Source: an uncultured Gammaproteobacteria bacterium (GTDB lineage Bacteria > Patescibacteriota > Microgenomatia > UBA10105 > UBA927). Taken from it: a stretch of 64,000 nt of DNA. Positions 37,732 through 45,539 of the stretch are shown one piece after another. The stretch's first letter is position 1. Every line of letters starts with the position of its first letter. The notes under the pieces were generated by a model. It had not been told where the DNA came from. It made no database searches and was given only the letters and a program-made list of their open reading frames with translations. The stretch spans positions 109,898-173,897 of the forward strand of contig CAZNKB010000002.1 of assembly GCA_964573695.1 (NCBI GenBank), given 5' to 3'. The position numbers and the translations under genes are program-made.

Positions 37732-38988
37732 TTATGGCATGCGTTTTATTATCTTTTTTATTTCGTCCGTATCGCTCCAGGGAAACTCCTTGGTACCCCG
37801 ACACAGGCTTTTCTCATGCCCCTTACCTGTTGCAATCAGGACATCGCCCGGCTTGGCATAGGATATGGCGAATTTGAGTGCATCACGCCGATTGGGATAC
37901 CGATGTACTTCTTTTCCTTCCGGAATACCCGATGCTATGGCATCGATAATGGTTTCCACATTTTCCGTGCGGTAATCTTCTTCGGTGAGCACGATGACAT
38001 CGCTGTATTCGGCCGATGCCTTACCCATGAGTGGCCGCTTGCTCTTGTCCCGCAGTCCCGCGCTTCCGAAAACATGAATCAGACGCTTCTTGGTCATTTT
38101 CCTCGCGGTTGCCAGTGCGCTGACAATCGCATTGGGAGTGTGAGCAAAATCCACAATGACGCGAAACGGTTTGTCCTGTACGGTCTCCATTCTTCCGGGG
38201 ACCCCTCCGAATTGGGAAACGGCCGCCTTGGCGAGTGTGCTATCTACACCCAGCGCTTGTGAAACGGCCAAAGCTGCCAATACATTATACCTGTTAAATT
38301 CGCCTGGTAGCATCGATGTAAACGGAAATGTCTTGGGATTGACCATGCTGTCTCTTCGGATTCCATACGTGATATAGCGTTTGCGGGACAGGAGCGGTGT
38401 CACCGCCAGGTAGACCTTCGCAGCGTCACGGTTAATGACCGCGACGTTGCTTTGTCTAAAAAGCGACAATTTGGTGTTGAGATAGTGATGAAACGTCCCG
38501 TGCCAGTCCAGATGCTCGTGGGTCACGTTTGTAATCGCCGATACGGCAAACCGTACGCCGAATACCCGATACTGGCTCAATGCATGCGAGGTCACCTCGA
38601 GCACCATGTGCGTATCCCCGTGGTTGAGGGCTTCACGCAAATATTTCTGGACCCACCATGCCGTCGGTGTGGTGACATGAAACCCCGTATCATAGTTCCT
38701 GCCGGCAATGGTCGCGTGTACCGATGTAATTTTCGAGGCTTTATACCCGGCTTTTTTGAGTATCTCGTAAATAAGCGTCGTGGTTGTTGTCTTGCCGTCG
38801 GTCCCCGTCACTCCTATAACCGTGAGCTTGTGACTCGGAAATCCAAACCATATGTTGGCAATCATCGCAACCAATAGATGATACAGCCCTTTGAGGCTTC
38901 GAAGCATGTGTCTATTATAGCGAAAAACGGCCACGAAGAGCAAAATTGCCGACCGTATCAAGAAAAAAACACTTCTATTGCGGCACAA
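37732..38988 (-). CDS. murE: Mur ligase (MurE-like, UDP-MurNAc-L-Ala-D-Glu--diamino acid ligase) with shortened N-terminal domain
   Basis: VIGVTGTDGKTTTT P-loop, DFAHTP, C-terminal GKGHEKS...FPWSD. N-terminal Rossmann domain reduced, hydrophobic N-terminus. Confidence 0.7.
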   Translation of the reverse strand: MCRNRSVFFLIRSAILLFVAVFRYNRHMLRSLKGLYHLLVAMIANIWFGFPSHKLTVIGVTGTDGKTTTTTLIYEILKKAGYKASKITSVHATIAGRNYDTGFHVTTPTAWWVQKYLREALNHGDTHMVLEVTSHALSQYRVFGVRFAVSAITNVTHEHLDWHGTFHHYLNTKLSLFRQSNVAVINRDAAKVYLAVTPLLSRKRYITYGIRRDSMVNPKTFPFTSMLPGEFNRYNVLAALAVSQALGVDSTLAKAAVSQFGGVPGRMETVQDKPFRVIVDFAHTPNAIVSALATARKMTKKRLIHVFGSAGLRDKSKRPLMGKASAEYSDVIVLTEEDYRTENVETIIDAIASGIPEGKEVHRYPNRRDALKFAISYAKPGDVLIATGKGHEKSLCRGTKEFPWSDTDEIKKIIKRMP

Positions 38989-40657
38989 TCCCCCAATAAG
39001 TAAACAAATCCCGTGCTATGGTAAAAAAGAGCGGGGCGGCCGTTTCCGAACCCCATTGCGAAGAGCTCGTTTCCCGAAGCGTCACAAGCATGACAAAACG
39101 CGGATTGTCTGCAGGCGCAAATCCGACAAATGAAGCAATCGTTTTTTTGTCGTCGTAGTGGCCGGCTACCGGGATTTGCGCCGTACCTGTTTTACCGGCC
39201 ACGCGGTATCCTTTTGGCTTCGCCCATTTGGCTTCCCCGTTATCTACCGCTGACACCATCATCTCCGTCACGATCCGGGCAGTCTCCGGACTCACAACCT
39301 GGGTCACAAATTTCGGAGGAACAGGAATAACCTTACCACGGGGCTCCCGAATTTCCTTTACCATGTGCGGCTCCATAAGGCGTCCGCCATTGGCGAGCGC
39401 CGCTACAGCCCGAATCATCTGGACAGGAGTTACGGCAATACCTTGCCCAAATGACGCCGTATACTCGTCTACCTCTGCCCAATCCTTATCGGCTCTAAGC
39501 GACGGCGACGATTCGTCCTCGAGGTCGATATTCGTAGGCTTACCGAAGCCAAATCGTTTTATCGAGGCGAGCAGTTTGTCTCTCCCTAATTTTTGCGCGA
39601 TAAACACCATGCCGACGTTTGATGAATGTTCGAGCACCTGTGTCATGGTGATCTTGCCGTGATACTCGTTGTTCCAGGTTCTGATCACATATGGCCCGAC
39701 TTCGATAGGTCCGCTCTCGTCCATGATCGTGTCCGGCTCAATAAGGTGATCATTGATCGCAGCTGCCATAATGAGCGCCTTAAACGTGCTCCCGGGTTCG
39801 TAAGAGCTTCCGACAATCGGATTTCTGTAAAGCGTCTTGTCATAACGCGCATAATCTCGAGGGTCATACGACGGAGTCGACGCCATGGCAACAATTCCTC
39901 CGCTTACCGGATCCATAACGATGACACTGCCTTCTTTGGCGCCGTATCGGGTGATTCCCTCTTTGAGTCTCCTTTCGACAATCTGCTGCACCACCTTGTC
40001 CGTGTGCAACACGAGCGTCCTCCCGTCTTGCGGAGGAATACGTTCTTCCTGACCGATAAGGATCGGCGCTCCATGAGCGTCCTTTTCGATTCTCATCATG
40101 CCTTCAATACCCCGAAGCTGCCGGTCATAATATCCTTCCAATCCGAAATATCCCTGATCAACACCATTGACGTCACTCCCCACAAAACCCAGCAAATGGG
40201 CCGCAGTGGAGGCTTCCGGGTAAAACCGCTTAGGTTCTTTTTCAAATCCCAGTCCCGGGATGTTGAGCGTCCGGAGACTCTGTACGAGCGAAAGCTCGAC
40301 TTTATGTGCAAGTGGCACCCACACAAGATTCGGTTGACTGAGTTTCGTTCGAAGTTCCTCGGGATCGAGTGAAAGGATATTCCCCACAGACGTTGAAAAT
40401 GCTGTGAGGTCTTTGATATTACGGGGCTCGCCGTAAGCCAAAAAAGCCGGTTGATTTACGACCAGCGGATGTAAATTTCTGTCAATGATTTCTCCTCTGG
40501 AAGCAGGGACGGTGAGTTCGACGAAATGCTGGCGAGCAGCCTCTTTTCCCAACCGGTCGGCAGAAAATACCTGCCAATACGATAGGCGCAGCAAAAGAGC
40601 GCAAAAACATATGACAAACCCGCTAAACAGAAGGGAAGACCGACCTGAAGAAGCCAT
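38975..40657 (-). CDS. ftsI: Penicillin-binding protein 2/FtsI (class B transpeptidase)
   Basis: N-terminal transmembrane helix, dimerisation domain, STFK active site, SSN and KTG motifs. Confidence 0.85.
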   Translation of the reverse strand: MASSGRSSLLFSGFVICFCALLLRLSYWQVFSADRLGKEAARQHFVELTVPASRGEIIDRNLHPLVVNQPAFLAYGEPRNIKDLTAFSTSVGNILSLDPEELRTKLSQPNLVWVPLAHKVELSLVQSLRTLNIPGLGFEKEPKRFYPEASTAAHLLGFVGSDVNGVDQGYFGLEGYYDRQLRGIEGMMRIEKDAHGAPILIGQEERIPPQDGRTLVLHTDKVVQQIVERRLKEGITRYGAKEGSVIVMDPVSGGIVAMASTPSYDPRDYARYDKTLYRNPIVGSSYEPGSTFKALIMAAAINDHLIEPDTIMDESGPIEVGPYVIRTWNNEYHGKITMTQVLEHSSNVGMVFIAQKLGRDKLLASIKRFGFGKPTNIDLEDESSPSLRADKDWAEVDEYTASFGQGIAVTPVQMIRAVAALANGGRLMEPHMVKEIREPRGKVIPVPPKFVTQVVSPETARIVTEMMVSAVDNGEAKWAKPKGYRVAGKTGTAQIPVAGHYDDKKTIASFVGFAPADNPRFVMLVTLRETSSSQWGSETAAPLFFTIARDLFTYWGIVPQ

Positions 40658-40698
40658 GAATGTATCCTATCATGTTTACTATTGCCCCGCCCCGGGCG

Positions 40699-41022
40699 TT
40701 ATTCAAACGACGGACGGATAGGCACATCGCCGGGCTTGAGGGCAACAGGAACCTCACTAGTGAGACTGATAACCTGTTTGGAAGTCGGCTCTACAAACCC
40801 CAGAAGCTCGGCTCGGTCACGCATAACAAGCAGTGACGAAGCGGATGCGACTTCCGTGCGCAACGCTTCATTTATGTCGCTCTCCAGCTTCACATTTTGG
40901 TCGAGTTGTCCGAGTTTTTTGCCCAATGTGGCTAATTCATTGGATACAACTACCTGAAGAATAATCATAACAACAGCCGCTATTGGCAGAATGATTCCAA
41001 TAATTTTGAAGAGGTACTTCAT
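40699..41022 (-). CDS. ftsL: FtsL-like cell division protein
   Basis: 107 aa, N-terminal transmembrane helix plus coiled-coil. Located between rsmH and ftsI. Confidence 0.5.
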   Translation of the reverse strand: MKYLFKIIGIILPIAAVVMIILQVVVSNELATLGKKLGQLDQNVKLESDINEALRTEVASASSLLVMRDRAELLGFVEPTSKQVISLTSEVPVALKPGDVPIRPSFE

Positions 41023-41023
41023 A

Positions 41024-41956
41024 CTATTTTTTCTCCGCTACTCGCATTTTTGCGCTTCGTGCCCGCGAATTGGCGTATGTTTCGCTTTCTGTGGGCCGTA
41101 CGGGATGCTTGGTTTCTACAATCCAATGCTCGCTTTTCATAAACTGCTTGACGATTCTGTCTTCCAGAGAATGAAAACTTATGACAACCAATCTTCCTCC
41201 CGGTGCCAAAATCCGATACGCTCCTTCCAATCCCTTTTTCAAACTCCCCAACTCATCATTCACCGCGATCCGTAATCCCTGAAATATTCTCGACAACACC
41301 CCAAATCGCATCCCTTCGTTTGGTACTACCTCTTCTACAACCCTTACGAGCTCTCCGACGCAATTGACCGGGCTCAGCGCACGCGCGCGGACAATAGCAT
41401 CAGCAAGCTTCCGAGCCAGCTGTTCTTCGCCATATGTGCTAAAAATGTCATAAAGTTCCTCGCTCGTTGCGCGGTTTACCAATTGGGCAGCAGTGTCTCC
41501 CCCGGAGGCGTCGAGCCTCATATCCAGCGGAGCATCGGTAAACCGGTAGCTAAATCCGCGCTTGGGTGTATCCAACTGCATACTCGATACGCCCAAATCA
41601 AACAAAATCCCGTCTACTCCCGTAAACCCTTCACGTTTTGCGAGCGCCTCGATATCCCGAAAATTCCCGTGTATCAGTTTCCATGTCGCTTTCGTTCCTG
41701 TCGTTTCGGCGATTTCCCTAAGTGTTGCATCGGCAATTGTCAGCGCCGTCTCGTCCTGATCTATTCCCAACACGACTGCGCCTTTGCGGACAATTTCCTG
41801 TGTGTGTCCTCCGGCACCCGTTGTCGCATCGATATACCGTTTGCCCGGTGCAATCTTGAGCGCCTCTATGCTCTCGTTACGTAACACTGGCACGTGGTTC
41901 ACATTCATGATGTTTCTAGTTTCGTGGCATATGTTCGCCACCGTGCCGCGTCCCAA
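41024..41956 (-). CDS. rsmH: 16S rRNA (cytosine1402-N4)-methyltransferase RsmH (MraW)
   Basis: HVPVL, DATTGAGGH, SFHSLEDRIVK motifs. Confidence 0.9.
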   Translation of the reverse strand: MGRGTVANICHETRNIMNVNHVPVLRNESIEALKIAPGKRYIDATTGAGGHTQEIVRKGAVVLGIDQDETALTIADATLREIAETTGTKATWKLIHGNFRDIEALAKREGFTGVDGILFDLGVSSMQLDTPKRGFSYRFTDAPLDMRLDASGGDTAAQLVNRATSEELYDIFSTYGEEQLARKLADAIVRARALSPVNCVGELVRVVEEVVPNEGMRFGVLSRIFQGLRIAVNDELGSLKKGLEGAYRILAPGGRLVVISFHSLEDRIVKQFMKSEHWIVETKHPVRPTESETYANSRARSAKMRVAEKK

Positions 41957-42306
41957 ATCTCAAAATGGTCTCCGGCTCCGATGACCTTTACGTCACGCAC
42001 GATTTCACCATGCTCCTTGAGCTGGGCAGGCAGTAAAATACGGCCAAGTTTATCAATTTCTACCCGCTGCGCCCCTGCAAATAGGTAACGGCGGATTTGT
42101 CGTCCTTTTTCATCGGTTACCGGTGTGTCAAGGTGCTTTCCCGCTTCCCGCTCCCAACTTTCTTTGTCAAATCCAAAAATACATCCCTCATAACCTCTCG
42201 CGAGTACCAATTCTATTCCCGTAATCTCTTGCCGTATCTTTTTTGGGAGCGTTACACGGGCCCGATCGTCTAAACTATGGTCGTATTCCCCAAGGAACAA
42301 ATTCAT
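41905..42306 (-). CDS. mraZ: Transcriptional regulator MraZ
   Basis: MNLFLGEYDHSLDDRARVTLP and a duplicated DXXXR region. 133 aa. Confidence 0.85.
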   Translation of the reverse strand: MNLFLGEYDHSLDDRARVTLPKKIRQEITGIELVLARGYEGCIFGFDKESWEREAGKHLDTPVTDEKGRQIRRYLFAGAQRVEIDKLGRILLPAQLKEHGEIVRDVKVIGAGDHFEIWDAARWRTYATKLETS

Positions 42307-42316
42307 GATCCTAATC

Positions 42317-42351
42317 TACCACTTCTTCCCACTAATATCCATAGTTACCCA
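42317..42351 (-). promoter_or_regulatory. Four TGGnn direct repeats at exact 10-bp periodicity (candidate MraZ boxes) between putative Pmra and the mraZ start
   Basis: Minus strand reads TGGGTaacta TGGATattag TGGGAagaag TGGTAgatta (plus 42347, 42337, 42327, 42317). Candidate -35 TTGACA at 42364-42369 (minus). Confidence 0.5.
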
Positions 42352-42403
42352 TTTTTCACGCCATGTCAAGGGGAGATTTCACGAATCTTTTTGGGGCATT
42401 GCG

Positions 42404-42431
42404 TTGACACGACAACACATTTACGTATAAT
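42404..42431 (+). promoter_or_regulatory. Perfect sigma70 consensus promoter TTGACA-N16-TATAAT driving a near-leaderless gene
   Basis: TTGACA at 42404-42409, TATAAT at 42426-42431. The ATG at 42442 is only 10 nt downstream of the -10, with no SD. Confidence 0.55.
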
Positions 42432-42441
42432 TCAGGGTATT

Positions 42442-42786
42442 ATGGCCAAAAAAGTTGAAAAACAGCAGGATGCCGTGTTTGCAACCAGAACACCGGATAA
42501 TCGCCGGTATATCTACTTCGAGGAACCTCCAGAGTTATGGATGGGTAGTACCCAATACGAAAACCATACGAAAATTCTTGAAGCCAGCGGAAGAAGCCGG
42601 GCGCATATCCGAGCAATAGGTTTTGCAGATCAATTGTTCAATGTACATGAAGTAAGCTTTGATAGCCATGGTTCCTCAAATTTGCAAATACCCGGCGGGA
42701 ATCCTGAAGCGTGTGTACGATTTGTCCGATCGTTGCCCTCAAAAGGAAGGCGCATCAAATTTACCGTGAGCTCTAGCTCTCTTTAG
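42442..42786 (+). CDS. Hypothetical protein (114 aa), divergent from mraZ
   Basis: ATG at 42442. No recognisable family. Confidence 0.4.
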   Translation: MAKKVEKQQDAVFATRTPDNRRYIYFEEPPELWMGSTQYENHTKILEASGRSRAHIRAIGFADQLFNVHEVSFDSHGSSNLQIPGGNPEACVRFVRSLPSKGRRIKFTVSSSSL

Positions 42787-43268
42787 AGGTCGAAGTCTTT
42801 GGTAAACTGGCTCTTTTTGCCGTCGACTCCGGTAAATTCAAGAGCGACAGAGACCTTGGAAACACCCAAATCAGGCTTACACACGTTGCGTGAGCACGTG
42901 CCCATATATACCTCCCGCTCGAATCCGTCCTGCGAAGACACCTCTATGGGCTTGGATCCCGAATTCACACCCTTGATAAGCCCCTGACTGTCGTAGGTGA
43001 GCTCGTACCCTACGGATGTATATTTACTCGAAAGATTATTGACCTTCAAAATCACAGTGTTGTCTTTCGTACGACTCAGGGCGAGGTTGACGAGAATAGA
43101 TGCATCCGCCTGCGGCAACACCTCGGTTATTTCTTCTTCCTGTGCCGGAACGGGCTCACTCGAGGGCGCCAATACCCTATACACCACCGTGCCCGTCGCG
43201 ATTAATAGAACGATAAGCCCCCCGTAGAGCCATTTCATGGCATGGTTTGTCTTGGTAACTGGCTTCAT
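42783..43268 (-). CDS. Hypothetical membrane-anchored protein
   Basis: 161 aa, N-terminal transmembrane helix WLYGGLIVLLIATGTVVY. Extracytoplasmic beta-rich region. Confidence 0.4.
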   Translation of the reverse strand: MKPVTKTNHAMKWLYGGLIVLLIATGTVVYRVLAPSSEPVPAQEEEITEVLPQADASILVNLALSRTKDNTVILKVNNLSSKYTSVGYELTYDSQGLIKGVNSGSKPIEVSSQDGFEREVYMGTCSRNVCKPDLGVSKVSVALEFTGVDGKKSQFTKDFDL

Positions 43269-43280
43269 ATTACGCCTCCT

Positions 43281-44654
43281 TTATATAAGTTTTTGCTGAA
43301 AATACGCTGCAAGGTCTGCGATATTTACCCTGTCCTGTTTGGTGGTATCGCGGTCACGCACCGTTACCGAACCATCTTCAAGCGTAGCATAATCGACCGT
43401 CACGCACCACGGGGTCCCGATTTCGTCCTGAGCCAGATACCGTTTTCCGATGTTCCCGCGGTCATCCCACGCCACGGTCATAGATGATTTCAGTGTATCG
43501 AAAATACTTTTTGCTTTTTCTACCAGGTCCGGCTTATTGGCCACCAGAGGAAACACAGCGACTTTGTAAGGCGAAAGTTTGGGATTGAGCTTGAGTACGA
43601 TCCGCTTTTCCTCCTGTGTGAATGCTTCGGTAAGCACCATAAGAAAGAGTCTGTTTATGCCTACCGCTGGCTCTATCACGTGCGGGATAATCTTTTTGCC
43701 GCTCACAGGGTTTACGTACGTCAAATCCGCCCCTGAATGCTTCGCCTGCTGCGTAAGGTCATAATCCGTCCGATACGCTATTCCCCACAATTCCTTCCAA
43801 CCGAACGGAAATTCATAATCCAGGTCATAGGTATCCTTGCTATAGTGACTTCGCTCCTTATCCGTATGCCTCCTCCACCGCAGATGCGATGCGTCAATAC
43901 CCAGGTCAGTCACGAACTTCCACATCGCGTCTTTCCACGAATCAAACAGTTTCTGCCAGTCTGCGAGCTCAGGATCAAAAAAATACTCAATCTCTGCCTG
44001 CTCTAATTCGATCGTACGGAAAACAAACTGCCCGGTCGTGATTTCGTTACGGAATGATTTCCCGATCTGGCCTACACCGAACGGAAGCTGTACGCGGGTA
44101 GAATCCATGATGTTTCGAAAATTCGTAAATATCCCCTGCGCCGTCTCTCCACGAAGGTAGAGGGTGGACTTTTCTCCCTCGACGACGCCCAGCTTCGTTT
44201 CAAACAGGAGGTTGAATATTTTGGGTTTGGACAACACGTTATTATCAGGACTTAAAATTTTGTGGGTGGCAATATAGTCTCCCATTTGGTCGATTGTCAG
44301 ATCTTCAACGACGACGGCCGGATCCGGATGATTTTTCAACCATGCCTCTATGATATGGTCCGCCCTGTATCGCTTGTTTGTTTTACTGTCTTCGACCAGC
44401 GGATCGTTAAACGATCCGACGTGTCCTGAAGCTACCCAGGTTTCAGGATGCAATAATATTTGGGAATCCAACCCGACCATATCGCTGCGTTCATGGATAA
44501 ACCGTTTCCACCACAGAGAGCGCAAATTTCGAAGCAGCTCCGCTCCCATAGGTCCATAGTCGTAGGAACTCATAAGTCCCCCGTAAATATCGCTCGTAGG
44601 ATACACGAATCCCCGGCGTTTACATAAACTTGCGATTGCATCTAGTGTGACCAT
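43281..44654 (-). CDS. glyQS: Glycine--tRNA ligase, alpha2 (class II, eukaryote/archaeal-like) type
   Basis: RGFVYPTSDIYGG, class II motifs, anticodon-binding C-terminus. RBS GGAGGA lies 6 nt before the ATG. Confidence 0.9.
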   Translation of the reverse strand: MVTLDAIASLCKRRGFVYPTSDIYGGLMSSYDYGPMGAELLRNLRSLWWKRFIHERSDMVGLDSQILLHPETWVASGHVGSFNDPLVEDSKTNKRYRADHIIEAWLKNHPDPAVVVEDLTIDQMGDYIATHKILSPDNNVLSKPKIFNLLFETKLGVVEGEKSTLYLRGETAQGIFTNFRNIMDSTRVQLPFGVGQIGKSFRNEITTGQFVFRTIELEQAEIEYFFDPELADWQKLFDSWKDAMWKFVTDLGIDASHLRWRRHTDKERSHYSKDTYDLDYEFPFGWKELWGIAYRTDYDLTQQAKHSGADLTYVNPVSGKKIIPHVIEPAVGINRLFLMVLTEAFTQEEKRIVLKLNPKLSPYKVAVFPLVANKPDLVEKAKSIFDTLKSSMTVAWDDRGNIGKRYLAQDEIGTPWCVTVDYATLEDGSVTVRDRDTTKQDRVNIADLAAYFQQKLI

Positions 44655-44759
44655 ATGTTTCCTCCTTATTTACTCACTAATTTATATGGTTTTGTAGGAT
44701 GAATTACTTGTACTTCGTACAAAACCATTGTATTCAGGTAAACTCACAAATATGAATTT

Positions 44760-44960
44760 GCTCGTTAACTGACTACAAAAAAATCCCCCACCACAATATG
44801 CTTGTGATAGGGGTCCAAATTATTTCGGACGGTTCCACCCTACTTCCCAGCTGCTTACCCAGCGGCTGGACTGCTTCATTTATGCTTGATGAAGACTCCC
44901 TCAGTGCCACCTGAGATCAACGTCTTTCCTCATCTTTAGTGTACTGCAAGCTATTTTCAC
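44760..44960 (-). ncRNA. T-box riboswitch leader (glycine-specific candidate) with intrinsic terminator, upstream of glyQS
   Basis: Minus-strand AGUAGGGUGGAACCGUCCG (plus 44828-44845) matches T-box core AGGGUGGNACCG. Terminator stem CCCCUAUCACAA/UUGUGGUGGGGG (plus 44785-44813) followed by U7 (plus 44777-44783). GGC lies in the putative specifier region CAGGUGGCACUGAG. Candidate promoter TTGACA at 44962-44967 (minus). Confidence 0.6.
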
Positions 44961-44963
44961 CTG

Positions 44964-45533
44964 TCAAGCCGCCTGATCCAGTATATGACGAGCAAATTTC
45001 GTGCTTTTCATGCGCCGCTCTGTGATTGTTTCGATAAACTGCTGCAGTGCGTCTCCCGAGAGCGTCCTGCCTTTTGGCAAAAAACCCAGTGTCCAAAGTA
45101 GTTCCAGCGTAAACGTCTTGCTCACGGCATATATGCTGCTAACCTTGCCTGCACCTAAATCGCGGAGTCCTCGACTAAGAAGAACAAATACGTCATTGTG
45201 TTCCTGTTTTTCAGCGACGAGGCTATCGATCAACTCGCACAGATAGTACGCCATACTCACCCGGGACAAATCACTTCGCACCTGCTCATAAATTTCTATG
45301 GGCTCCGCTTCCGATATACTCTCTAGCGTTTTGCCGGCGTGCACTATAAGACGCACGTGGGTAAACACCTCTAAATGGGGAGCTCGTCTGCTTGCCACTT
45401 TGCGGATCCCCTTGGCAATGAGTCGTAATTTGCCGTATTCCCTGGTAAACACCGTGATGATCCTGTCTGCTTCGCCGATATTTTTTCGTTTGAGGATTAT
45501 TCCTTCTGCTTTGTATGAACGGGAAACGGTCAT
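44964..45533 (-). CDS. recO: DNA repair protein RecO
   Basis: N-terminal OB-fold pattern EGIILKRKNIGEADRIITVFTREYGKLRLIAKGIRK. 189 aa (short form). Confidence 0.65.
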   Translation of the reverse strand: MTVSRSYKAEGIILKRKNIGEADRIITVFTREYGKLRLIAKGIRKVASRRAPHLEVFTHVRLIVHAGKTLESISEAEPIEIYEQVRSDLSRVSMAYYLCELIDSLVAEKQEHNDVFVLLSRGLRDLGAGKVSSIYAVSKTFTLELLWTLGFLPKGRTLSGDALQQFIETITERRMKSTKFARHILDQAA

Positions 45534-45539
45534 GAAGAG

